64,000 bases of DNA. Source: an uncultured Verrucomicrobiae bacterium. Its GTDB lineage: Bacteria > Chlamydiota > Chlamydiia > Chlamydiales > Rhabdochlamydiaceae. Shown piece by piece: positions 39,295 through 48,726 of this stretch. Location: contig OY970364.1 of assembly GCA_963718565.1 (NCBI GenBank), positions 1,472,001-1,536,000 of the forward strand, written 5' to 3'. Both the position numbers and the translations under genes were made by a program. How positions within the stretch are numbered: the first letter of the stretch is position 1; each line of letters opens with the position of its first letter. Under the pieces are notes generated by a model. It searched no databases. It was given only the letters and a program-made list of their open reading frames with translations, and was not told the origin of the DNA.

Positions 39295-39405
39295 ATGAAA
39301 GAGATTCCCCGAATCGCAGGATGGCCTACGCAAACTTCTTTTGTACGCGAACCTCAAAGCTCGCGAAAAAAGCGCCGTTCGAAAAAACAGCATTCCAAAA
39401 GGTAA
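39295..39405 (+). CDS. Putative 36-aa basic peptide (not in ORF track)
   Basis: TTGACA-N17-TATCTT at 39247-39275; RBS GAGGGAG; MKEIPRIAGWPTQTSFVREPQSSRKKRRSKKQHSKR. Confidence 0.4.
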   Translation: MKEIPRIAGWPTQTSFVREPQSSRKKRRSKKQHSKR

Positions 39406-39407
39406 AC

Positions 39408-39647
39408 ATGGCAGAACCTATCGGTCCCCTTCCACAGCCAGCCCCCGCGCACGGGGCGCCACAAGCTCTTCCAAACGTTCCTGTCTTATCCCGACAAATG
39501 CAGGACCAAGTAATGACATTGGCGGATGAATTGCAGAAGATCCTAGACGACCCTACATTAGCTACACAACGGTCATTTTTGAGTGAATTTGCCAGCAATG
39601 CTTCCCATTTAAATCGAACAGTTGATCAAGCTCTTTTAGTGAGGTAA
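39408..39647 (+). CDS. Hypothetical protein (Pro-rich N-terminus)
   Basis: ORF from MAEPIGPLPQP; tightly spaced with neighbours. Confidence 0.55.
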   Translation: MAEPIGPLPQPAPAHGAPQALPNVPVLSRQMQDQVMTLADELQKILDDPTLATQRSFLSEFASNASHLNRTVDQALLVR

Positions 39648-39648
39648 A

Positions 39649-39891
39649 ATGCTTAGAGAAAATCTCAAAGACAGCGCTGAAATCCTACATAACATTTTAC
39701 ATCAGCCGCTTGAAATCTCGGGAGCGCCTGAAAGTATCTCTTTATTGCAAGCGGTGCAAAACTACCCTTCCCAGCAGCCTGATCATTCCGATTTGAGCAA
39801 ATTACTGCGCACCTTTTCTTCCAATCGCGACCCCTTGGAAGTGCTCATCCGCGAACTCCATCTGATCGCTCACGACCTCATACCGAAATGA
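39649..39891 (+). CDS. Hypothetical protein
   Basis: ORF with GAGG RBS, 1 nt after previous stop. Confidence 0.55.
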   Translation: MLRENLKDSAEILHNILHQPLEISGAPESISLLQAVQNYPSQQPDHSDLSKLLRTFSSNRDPLEVLIRELHLIAHDLIPK

Positions 39892-40349
39892 ATTCCATTC
39901 AGTCAGCGTTGACAGGACAAAAAGAACGATTTTCTTCATGATTCTCAAAGCTCCTGTCTCGGTGTCATTGGCTTTTTTGCATTACCTGCCACATACCTGG
40001 CACATTTCGAATTTTGGAAAATTTCTGACAGTGATCACTTTGTCGTAACTCACTAAGAAAAAAGAATCTGGGTGAGAGGAATCGAAGATCATTTCGTTAT
40101 TGATAAGTTGTTCAATTTGAATCAATTCTTCCTGAGTGATGTTTTAGCCACTAAACGATTCATTCTTCTCTCTTTTTCAGAGTTTTTTTAGATCTGATAT
40201 TTTCTTGCCGAGGAGTCGTCCGCCACATATCCGCCACAATCAGCAGTTTTGAGGTTTTTATGACATAGACGGATTTGTTGTAAATGATTGGATATAAAAG
40301 AATACTGATTTCGCGAGCGAAGCGAGTGAAATTAGTCCAAACTCCAGTA

Positions 40350-41249
40350 TTAAAAGGGGAAGACCCTAAAGTCTTCGGCGGCAAACACATTGGGGAAAAT
40401 GGGTTTGGCTTCGCGGGCGAAGACTTCCGCATCTTGATAGCGTGCGGAAAAGTGAGTCAAGACAAGCATCTCGGCGCCAGAGGCCTTAGCGATTTCGGCG
40501 GCCTGTTTTGCGGTGAGATGATGGTGCTTTTCAGCAAGTTCGCGATGAGATTCTAAATAGGTGCTTTCGCAAAGGAAAAGTTTTGCCCCACGTGCAAGAT
40601 CGATGGCTGCCTGGCAAGGTAATGTGTCAATGGCGATAGCTAAAACATCACCCGTTTTAACCCGACTGACGTCATCGAGGCAGACTGTTTTACCTTGGAT
40701 AACAATTTCTCCTTTTTCTTCTAAGAGGCGTACATTCGGCCCTTTAACCCCCGCTGCATCGAGTTTGGTCTTGTCAAATTTGCGCGTGTCCTTTTCTTTG
40801 ATCCGCCAACCGAGATTATCGACTCCATGTTCGAGATAGCGGGCTTCAATGCGGAAATGTTCGTCTTCGTGGACCAACCCTTCACCTCTGATGGGATGCT
40901 CAATCACTTGGATCGTTTGATGGTACATCGTTCCATAACGCAAGCGCTCAAAATAGACTTGACCGCTCGCAGGATAATAACAGTGAATCGGATGGGTGAC
41001 TTTATCGAGGTTGAGCCGCATCAGCATCGATCCTAGGCCTAAGCAATGGTCTCCGTGAAAATGGCTGATGAACATGCGCGTCACACACGGTGGGGCGACG
41101 CCTGCGAAAATGAATTGCCTCTGGGTCCCCTCTCCTGGATCAAATAACAACCCTTCTTCATTCCAACGGACGAGGTAGGCGCCATGATTGCGTGTACGCG
41201 TCGGTTGCTGACTGGAACATCCTAAGATCGTTAAATCGCGAACGGTCAT
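40350..41249 (-). CDS. rnz: Ribonuclease Z
   Basis: [29 protein letters not shown]. Confidence 0.95.
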   Translation of the reverse strand: MTVRDLTILGCSSQQPTRTRNHGAYLVRWNEEGLLFDPGEGTQRQFIFAGVAPPCVTRMFISHFHGDHCLGLGSMLMRLNLDKVTHPIHCYYPASGQVYFERLRYGTMYHQTIQVIEHPIRGEGLVHEDEHFRIEARYLEHGVDNLGWRIKEKDTRKFDKTKLDAAGVKGPNVRLLEEKGEIVIQGKTVCLDDVSRVKTGDVLAIAIDTLPCQAAIDLARGAKLFLCESTYLESHRELAEKHHHLTAKQAAEIAKASGAEMLVLTHFSARYQDAEVFAREAKPIFPNVFAAEDFRVFPF

Positions 41250-42412
41250 GACACTCTCCTTGCAAAAAAGGAGATTCTTCCAAGGAGCATGCCTGCTAGC
41301 CCGCCGACGATATGCGCAGTATTGGCAATGCTTGGGGTAATCTTGACCGAAGAAAACAATTGAAGGCTGAACATCAATATCTCAAGGGCGAACATCGCGA
41401 CGACAAAAAATAGCAAGAACAGGATCGTCCCTTTTTGCAAAGGATATCCTTCCCAGGGAGCTTTTCTCTGCCGCATCCAAATAAAGCCGGCAAGTCCGAC
41501 GGCAACACCAGAAAAACCAAGAAAATAAGGACCACTCATTAAGTATTGAGAAACATTAGAGAGCACGCCAATGAGAAGGATAAGGAGACAAATTTTCCAT
41601 TTGCTTAGGCGCTCTTCTATTTGTTTAAGGAGAATCCAGACCCAGATCATATTGAAAAGAATGTGTAAAAAATCGCGATGTAAAATACAAGGAGTAAACA
41701 AACGCCATAATTCTCCTTGGCGAATTTTTTCAAACATCGGGATCTGTTGTGCGCTTTCCCACCCTTCTGTTTTAACGGTCGCAAAAAAATCATAGACGCC
41801 TTTCCAGGACGGAACTTCATTGGCCTTTTTGAGCAAGGCTTTGGCCTCTGGAGGAATCTCCTTTTCTTCTTTATAGGTATTGAATGGAAATGTCTCGATG
41901 GCTTCTTCAATATACTTATAAGAGGTGGGATAATCAAAAAACATCGATTTCAGAATCGGAGTGAGGACGATCTGAACAGCGACCGGCCCCTCGTCTTTTA
42001 AAATCTCCGCTTCTTGAAAGTCATTCCACAAGTATAAAAAACCGCAGAGGACAATGATCAGATGGGTCAATAGAAACGAATAGCGACGCTCTTTAACACG
42101 AATCGATTGCACCGGCTTCCACTTGAGCTCTTCGGATTCCGAGATTTGAGCATAGTCCGGTGGAGGCGGAGTCGCAGAGAGCGGGATCGCTAGATTTTGG
42201 AACTGGGGATCGTTGGGGTTTTGCTTAAATCGATGCATCCATTCGTTGGCAAGATCTAGATCATCTTCATCGTAGACCCAAATGCGGTAATGTTTAGCTC
42301 CAGATTTCTCCTCGGCATAGGGTTCATAGGTATTCTGAATTCCTTCTTTGATCAGAAAGGAATAAAAGGCATAAGCTTCCTTTTCTGTTTCAAAAGCACC
42401 AATTAGACGCAT
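41246..42412 (-). CDS. Rhomboid intramembrane serine protease (GlpG-like)
   Basis: WRLFTP..LH..HILFN, GFSG, AHIVG. Confidence 0.9.
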   Translation of the reverse strand: MRLIGAFETEKEAYAFYSFLIKEGIQNTYEPYAEEKSGAKHYRIWVYDEDDLDLANEWMHRFKQNPNDPQFQNLAIPLSATPPPPDYAQISESEELKWKPVQSIRVKERRYSFLLTHLIIVLCGFLYLWNDFQEAEILKDEGPVAVQIVLTPILKSMFFDYPTSYKYIEEAIETFPFNTYKEEKEIPPEAKALLKKANEVPSWKGVYDFFATVKTEGWESAQQIPMFEKIRQGELWRLFTPCILHRDFLHILFNMIWVWILLKQIEERLSKWKICLLILLIGVLSNVSQYLMSGPYFLGFSGVAVGLAGFIWMRQRKAPWEGYPLQKGTILFLLFFVVAMFALEILMFSLQLFSSVKITPSIANTAHIVGGLAGMLLGRISFFARRVS

Positions 42413-42921
42413 CTGTTCTCAACAATCTTTTTAATAATCTGTGAAGTGGAAAGTCCGGGAACCAAAGGAACGATATGCATCCTACCCCCGCATGAGCACA
42501 CTGTTTCCGCTTCAATGCAATTTTCACCGTATTCGACGCCATTGACATGCACATCGGGCTTGATGCACGAAAGAATCTGACGAGGGTCTGTCTCATCAAA
42601 CCAAGTGACAAAATCGACCATTTCTAGGGCCGCCATCAGCAGCAGACGATATTCGAGAGGAATGATCGGCCGCAATGGATTTTTATACTCTCTAATCGAC
42701 CGATCTGTATTTAAAGCGACGAGCAACAAATCTGCTTGCTGAGAAGCTTGATAGATCATCTCCAGATGTCCGGCGTGCATTAAATCAAAAGAGCCATTAA
42801 GCGTGGCGATTGTCTTATTAAGAGCGCGCAGCTCAGCGATTGTGCGTTCTATCTGATGAGGCTCAATAATTTTAGAACGGATCGCTTCAGCAAATGAATT
42901 ACTTTGACGGGAAGGCGACAT
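42403..42921 (-). CDS. RfaE/HldE domain II-like nucleotidyltransferase (start reassigned to about 42921)
   Basis: NGSFDLMHAGH, VALNTDRS, RPII, KPDVHVNG, GLSTSQII. Confidence 0.82.
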   Translation of the reverse strand: MSPSRQSNSFAEAIRSKIIEPHQIERTIAELRALNKTIATLNGSFDLMHAGHLEMIYQASQQADLLLVALNTDRSIREYKNPLRPIIPLEYRLLLMAALEMVDFVTWFDETDPRQILSCIKPDVHVNGVEYGENCIEAETVCSCGGRMHIVPLVPGLSTSQIIKKIVENRCV

Positions 42922-45418
42922 GGAAGACCTCATCGTAGTTTTTGACAAAATGAACGTGAATTCCTTTTTTGAGATAAAGAGGGAGTTCATCATAGTCGCG
43001 CTGATTTTCTTTCGGGAAAATGAGAACTTTGGCTCCCGATCGTTTTGCAGCAATCAGCTTTTCTTTCACACCACCGATGGGCAGGACTTTTCCTGTAAGA
43101 GTGAGTTCTCCCGTCATTCCCAGATCTGTGAGGACAGGTTCATTGCGGAGCAGCGAAAGCATCGCTGTGACCATCGTAATTCCTGCAGAAGGACCATCTT
43201 TGGGAGTCGCTCCCTCAGGAATATGGACATGGACTTGGGATTTTTCAAAAAAAGAAACCCCTGGGGCATATTTACTGACCATGCTATGCAAAAACGTCCA
43301 CGCAATTTGCGAAGACTCTTTCATCACATCCCCTGCTTGCCCGGTTAATTTCATTTCCGTTTTTTCTCCGGGAACTCGCGTCGTCTCAATATAGAGAGTT
43401 GCGCCTCCGAGGGAGGTCCATGCAAGGCCCATGCAAACACCTGTAGGAGTGTATTCATAAAAACGATCCGTGGTAAAGATCGGCTTGCTTAAAAATTTAT
43501 CGAGATTGCGTTCGGAAACGATAACCTTTTTAAATTTTGCAGATTTTTTCTCCATCTCTTTGACAATCTGAATGGCCACTTTCCGCATAATCTTTTTAAT
43601 ATTGTTTTCTAGGCTGCGGACTCCGGACTCACGCGCATATCCATGGATAATTTGCGTGATTCCTCTGTCGGTAAACTCAAGATGGGAAGTCTTAAGTCCC
43701 ATATTTTTGCGATTGCGCGGGATCAGATATTTTTTAGCGATCTGAACTTTTTCTTCGAGGATGTATCCTGACAAGCGCAGGATGTCCATGCGGTCTTTAA
43801 GCGGTTCAGGGATGGTATCTAGAACGTTGGCAGTCACGATGAAAAGAATATTCGATAGGTCGCAACGCACGTCGAGATAATGGTCCAAGAAATCCTTGTT
43901 TTGTTCCGGATCCAACACTTCCAGCAAAGCGGATGCCGGATCTCCGTGATAGCTTGAGCTCATTTTGTCCACTTCATCAAGCATGATGACGGGATTCATC
44001 TCTTGGGTGAACTTCATGGCTTGGATTATTTTTCCAGGCATCGCCCCAATATAGGTACGGCGATGCCCTTTAATCTCGGCCTCGTCGCGCATGCCTCCGA
44101 CGGAAAAGCGATAGAACTGTCGCTTCAACGCACGGGCAACGCTTTTCCCAATACTCGTTTTTCCAACACCTGGCGGACCAACAAGGCAGATAATACTTCC
44201 CTTGACTCCGCCTGACAATTTTCCCACCGCAATGAATTCCAAAATACGCTGTTTGATATCGTTCAGCCCATAATGGTCCTCTTCGAGAACCTTCTTAGCG
44301 AATTTGAGATCCACTCCTTGCTCTCCATCTGTAACTCCGCCATAGATTCCCCAAGGAACAATCGTGAGCCAGTCGAGATAATTACGGCAAACTGCATATT
44401 CTGCAGACTGGACTTCAAGAACGCTGAGCTTTTCCAGCTCTTCTTTGATTGTCTGCATGACATCATCAGGCACTTTGCGCTTTTTAAGCCGAGTCTCAAA
44501 TTTTTCGATATCACAAGTTTTGTCATCCTTTTCTAAACCCAATTCTTTTTTTATCGTCTTAAGTTGTTCGCGCAGGAAAAATTCTCGTTGGGTCTTGGAG
44601 ATTGTCGCTTCGATTTTTTGGTTAATGCTATTTTGTAATTTGCTTAGGTCAAGCTCTTTTTTTAACAGCACAAGAGCCTTATCGATCCTCCCTTGAAGGT
44701 CATAAGTCTCCAGCACATCTTGGAGCTCTTCTCGCGAGGCCGTTGTCAAAGCCACAGCAAAATCTGCCAATTTTCCAGGTTCCGTAAAATCAGAATGACC
44801 GAGAAAAATCTGAAGTTCTTCTTTGAACAGAGGATTGAGCTTTAACAACTCTTTGATCGTTGTAATGATGCTGATCGAATAGGCTTTGAGCTCTTTTGCA
44901 TCTCTTTTAGTGATGATGTCTTCGTGATAATCGATGTGCGCTTTGAGGTGCTTGCCAGACTTCATCGGCTTGCGAATGGAGATCCTTTTCTCCATGTTGA
45001 GGACAACTTGGGCTCCTCCCTGCTCCATAGGGATAATCCGCAAAATGCGCGCCAGGACGCCGACTTGGTAAAGATCTTCAAAGCCGACTTTGTAGACGTT
45101 GATATCTTCGTGCTTAGTTAGGAAAAGCCCCATGCACTTGTGCTCAGATTTCGCCACTGTCTTGAGCACTTCATAATACGCTCCAGGTTCAATGACAATC
45201 GGAGCAGCCATCCCCGGGAAAAAAGGACGCCGCGTCAATGGAATTATAAAGATCTCATCGGGAGCTTCCATCGACTTTTCGCGCTGCTGGTCTTGTTTGA
45301 CCGAATCTTGCACAGCTTCAACAATTGCTTCTTCGATGTTTTCTTCATCATCTGTCATTTCATTTTCTTTGCTCAAGAGAGACTCCTTAAAAGAATACGA
45401 CGTTTCAAAGCAATCCAA
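42899..45418 (-). CDS. lon: ATP-dependent protease Lon (start possibly 45358)
   Basis: GPPGVGKTS, HRRTYIGAMPG, PKDGPSAG. Confidence 0.97.
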   Translation of the reverse strand: MDCFETSYSFKESLLSKENEMTDDEENIEEAIVEAVQDSVKQDQQREKSMEAPDEIFIIPLTRRPFFPGMAAPIVIEPGAYYEVLKTVAKSEHKCMGLFLTKHEDINVYKVGFEDLYQVGVLARILRIIPMEQGGAQVVLNMEKRISIRKPMKSGKHLKAHIDYHEDIITKRDAKELKAYSISIITTIKELLKLNPLFKEELQIFLGHSDFTEPGKLADFAVALTTASREELQDVLETYDLQGRIDKALVLLKKELDLSKLQNSINQKIEATISKTQREFFLREQLKTIKKELGLEKDDKTCDIEKFETRLKKRKVPDDVMQTIKEELEKLSVLEVQSAEYAVCRNYLDWLTIVPWGIYGGVTDGEQGVDLKFAKKVLEEDHYGLNDIKQRILEFIAVGKLSGGVKGSIICLVGPPGVGKTSIGKSVARALKRQFYRFSVGGMRDEAEIKGHRRTYIGAMPGKIIQAMKFTQEMNPVIMLDEVDKMSSSYHGDPASALLEVLDPEQNKDFLDHYLDVRCDLSNILFIVTANVLDTIPEPLKDRMDILRLSGYILEEKVQIAKKYLIPRNRKNMGLKTSHLEFTDRGITQIIHGYARESGVRSLENNIKKIMRKVAIQIVKEMEKKSAKFKKVIVSERNLDKFLSKPIFTTDRFYEYTPTGVCMGLAWTSLGGATLYIETTRVPGEKTEMKLTGQAGDVMKESSQIAWTFLHSMVSKYAPGVSFFEKSQVHVHIPEGATPKDGPSAGITMVTAMLSLLRNEPVLTDLGMTGELTLTGKVLPIGGVKEKLIAAKRSGAKVLIFPKENQRDYDELPLYLKKGIHVHFVKNYDEVFHVAFPSK

Positions 45419-45587
45419 TCTACCAGCTCAAGAAAATATGTGCAACTTAGAGCTATCTGGGAGCAACTAAAACCTGTCTGGGAAAGTTTGTTATTCGCCT
45501 TTTGAAAAAAAATATTGATTTTCACTATTGACAAACTTTAATTTGTCGTGCGAAAATTTTAAAAAACAAATTTTTCTAGAGGTGGTT

Positions 45588-48584
45588 ATGGGGAAAAAAG
45601 TTCAAGCGATCTTCGTGTCATTTTTCTCTTTTTTTGGAACCGTGCACGCGAGCTGTCCAAACACTCAAACCAATTGTCCAAATCCCAATGTGACGCAAGG
45701 GTATTTAGGTAACCTCGGCACAACAGCGGGCAATTGTCACGGCACTCCTTTGCCTCCATTATGCGCATTTGGCTCCCTCTCTATTAATCAAAATTCTCCT
45801 TTACAAGCAATTAATCGTCTGAATTGCACTCAACTTCCAACAACAAATAACTTTCAGCTTTTTCAAAATCCTTGCGCAATCAATCAAAATACTTGGACAA
45901 ACGGCGGCACAACAGGAATTTCAGCTGGAGCAGGAGTTCTGCGCATGCGTCACGGTCCTTTTATGATCGGTATGGCAAGAACAGGACCTGTTGCGACGGT
46001 CGCTCAATTCAACTACAATTTGAATGTCAATTTTCCTAATCTCCTTGCAGACAATAGAATGACATTTTTCTTTAGCGCTGCCGAGACCAATCAAGGGCTG
46101 CCTAATGATTACTTTAGCATTACCACGGATGTTGTTAACTCCGATACTTGCATTCTCACTTATACGCCAAACAATGGCACCCCTGGAACGCTTACGGATT
46201 ATAATATCACAGGCAATGTTTTCCATGACGTCTATTACAACAACCTCACCCCAGCGCTTGGGATCAGTAATCCTTTATATACGATAGGGACCGATATCTA
46301 TCTCAGCGTCAATGGCGGGCCCGTTACCGCTGTCCCCTTTGGCACAACCGTGACTGGGAATTATTTTCAAATATTTATTAACAGGTACAATCCTCTCGGA
46401 CCTGCATCGTTTTTACTTTACGCTGTCGACTCGAACAACGCTCCGATTACTTTCACAGTCATCAGTGCGGCAAACGATAACATGGTGTTTACGGCTACTT
46501 CGCCTTATACAGGTTTTCTTAGGCTAGCGCCGCTATCGACAAATGACCCTAATCCTACTGTAGGAATGACTTGGGCTCAGCAGAGCTTTTTTATGCCTGA
46601 AGACGTGTGCAACACCGCGGACACCTCTGTTCCAGCGAGTACGACTTTTTGCACAATGCAAGGGTCTACAATTTCTCCTTGCCCCATCGAAAGCTCGAGT
46701 TGCGCCTTGTCAGCCACCTCCGAAAGCTGGTGGAAAACAGCCCAAGTCGATGCAATTTCTACAACAGGAATGAGTTTTTACATGCTTTTGCCAGCAGGGT
46801 GGTCGACGCTATTTTCACAGCTAGCTGTAAAAACAATCGGTGCAACGTGGATGAACACAACAGGAACCACTCAATATCCCACCTCGCAGGCGCTTTCGTG
46901 TATTCTTCCAGCACTTGCTCTTGCGGATGGCTTGAATGCGACAACTTACGCATCAGGGTATTACAACAATTTCATTCAGGCCATGGGCTTTATGCCCCCT
47001 TCCACAAACCCGCCTTTCACAAACGGATGCGACTTTTCAACGAATTTTTTTCTCGTGCAATTTGACATGTTCATGGCCTCTAATTTAGCCTCAGGGGTCA
47101 GCTCATTTCAAAGTGCAAATCGAGGACTTCCTAGTTACAGCATTACAGCCCCTGTCAACAATATCGCCGTCTATACTGCTGCAAGCCGGTACGTCCCGGT
47201 GCAGGCAGATATTAGCGCGACATCCACTTCGCTGACCTGGACTTATACTCCTTCGACAGCTGTTCCTCCTCCCTCTGGCCCATTTACTCCACTGCTTTGC
47301 TTCCCTTTTTGGAAATTCTTACAAGGAACAACAGCAGGCGTTGTGAACACAACACCCGGAAGCGGACAGCCTTTGCAAAATTTTGTCTTTAATGACACGA
47401 TCAAAGGAACACTCTATACCGCAACCGCTATCAACGGTGCTTTCACTTTCCTGGAAGGGGGTGTTCCTTCCTGGTATGGAGCCGCAGGGACCTTTGGCCC
47501 GATTGATCTCTTTTTTCCAAGCACATCTCTCACTTTTTCGCCCTCTCAATTGACCGCGCTTCAAACAGCGCTTACCCAAATCCAAGAAACCATTCCTCCG
47601 CTCCCTTACTTTCCTGAGGCCTTTTTAGACGCTGCCTACAACGCGGGTAAAACATGCTTCATGTTAGCCAAGTCCGCGTTATACATTGCTTATTTTATGC
47701 AGCAAAATGGTTCTTCCCCATCTCAAATCATCACCCAGACAAAACCCTTTGCAGACAATGCGAAAAGCTGTCTGACGGCTTATCTCCTTGGGCGCACACC
47801 TGGGTCTTCTTTTTTTGTCGCTGACCGCAGCTCTGGAGGAATTTGCGTGAACGGAGCTGGAGGGCAAGGCGACTGGCCTAATGGCCCCAATTTGCAGCAA
47901 TATGCCCAGACATCTGCATCATCAGAAACAGATTCAGGATATGATTTTGGCAACTACATCTACAATGATCATCATTTTTTCGCCGGATATTTTTTACTTG
48001 CTTCCGCCCTCGTCACGAACTGGGACATGATCTATAACCCTTCTCAGCTTTGGATCAATCTCCCTGTACTGGGGGCAGATAATCAGACTTATACAATCCG
48101 CGATATGATTGACTTCCTCTGGAGGGATACGCATAATCCATTCACTCATGACACGACGCAACCTATTTACGATCCAGATCTTCCTTATGATCGTTATGGA
48201 TTTCCTTGGGAAGGACACGGGGTTGCAAACGGCCTGCAGTATCAGCCCAATGCTTTGGGAAGAAATCAGGAAAGTATTTCTGAGGATTTCAATTGCTGGC
48301 TTGGAATGAATACTTTTGCCAAATTAGTGCTGCTCACTCCTCTGACTGCTGAAGAAACAGCACGCTATCAAACTCTGCATGACTTTAGTTTGATGAATTT
48401 AAAACTCAATGCAAGTTCTGGGATTCAGTGGTATAAAAACTACACATATTGGACTCCTACCAACCTGTTCTTCTCGAATCCTTCTTCTCTTGCTCCAGCA
48501 ATTTATATTGGCCAATTTTCACAGGCGACAGTGACAAACGGCCAAGTCAATGATCAGTCTGCTCAAAACCAAACATTCTTTTGA
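45588..48584 (+). CDS. Secreted glycoside hydrolase family 81-like (endo-beta-1,3-glucanase) protein
   Basis: Signal peptide MGKKVQAIFVSFFSFFGTVHA; DFGNYIYNDHHFFAGYF and GRNQESISEDFN resemble the GH81 catalytic motifs. Confidence 0.72.
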   Translation: MGKKVQAIFVSFFSFFGTVHASCPNTQTNCPNPNVTQGYLGNLGTTAGNCHGTPLPPLCAFGSLSINQNSPLQAINRLNCTQLPTTNNFQLFQNPCAINQNTWTNGGTTGISAGAGVLRMRHGPFMIGMARTGPVATVAQFNYNLNVNFPNLLADNRMTFFFSAAETNQGLPNDYFSITTDVVNSDTCILTYTPNNGTPGTLTDYNITGNVFHDVYYNNLTPALGISNPLYTIGTDIYLSVNGGPVTAVPFGTTVTGNYFQIFINRYNPLGPASFLLYAVDSNNAPITFTVISAANDNMVFTATSPYTGFLRLAPLSTNDPNPTVGMTWAQQSFFMPEDVCNTADTSVPASTTFCTMQGSTISPCPIESSSCALSATSESWWKTAQVDAISTTGMSFYMLLPAGWSTLFSQLAVKTIGATWMNTTGTTQYPTSQALSCILPALALADGLNATTYASGYYNNFIQAMGFMPPSTNPPFTNGCDFSTNFFLVQFDMFMASNLASGVSSFQSANRGLPSYSITAPVNNIAVYTAASRYVPVQADISATSTSLTWTYTPSTAVPPPSGPFTPLLCFPFWKFLQGTTAGVVNTTPGSGQPLQNFVFNDTIKGTLYTATAINGAFTFLEGGVPSWYGAAGTFGPIDLFFPSTSLTFSPSQLTALQTALTQIQETIPPLPYFPEAFLDAAYNAGKTCFMLAKSALYIAYFMQQNGSSPSQIITQTKPFADNAKSCLTAYLLGRTPGSSFFVADRSSGGICVNGAGGQGDWPNGPNLQQYAQTSASSETDSGYDFGNYIYNDHHFFAGYFLLASALVTNWDMIYNPSQLWINLPVLGADNQTYTIRDMIDFLWRDTHNPFTHDTTQPIYDPDLPYDRYGFPWEGHGVANGLQYQPNALGRNQESISEDFNCWLGMNTFAKLVLLTPLTAEETARYQTLHDFSLMNLKLNASSGIQWYKNYTYWTPTNLFFSNPSSLAPAIYIGQFSQATVTNGQVNDQSAQNQTFF

Positions 48585-48593
48585 AGGTTATTT

Positions 48594-48726
48594 CGTACGT
48601 CCTTAAAAACTCATGGCAAAAGTTGAAGACCATTTTGATCCATGCCTGATTGAGATCGATAAATGCAAAGCCTGGCATGGATCCAAATGACATTCAGTGC
48701 TTGCCATAGGTTTTTAAGGACGTACG
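48594..48726. repeat. Palindromic element family B, full copy (133 bp) between convergent genes
   Basis: TIR CGTACGTCCTTAAAAAC; TTATTT on both flanks. Confidence 0.85.

Noticed and set aside
39900..40340. Degenerate minus-strand fragments, including TQEELIQIEQLINN reminiscent of an IS30 transposase C-terminus
   Set aside because: Too short and interrupted; no TIRs found
42922..43053. N-terminal extension of the nucleotidyltransferase ORF
   Set aside because: Overlaps the lon 3' end in another frame; homology starts later
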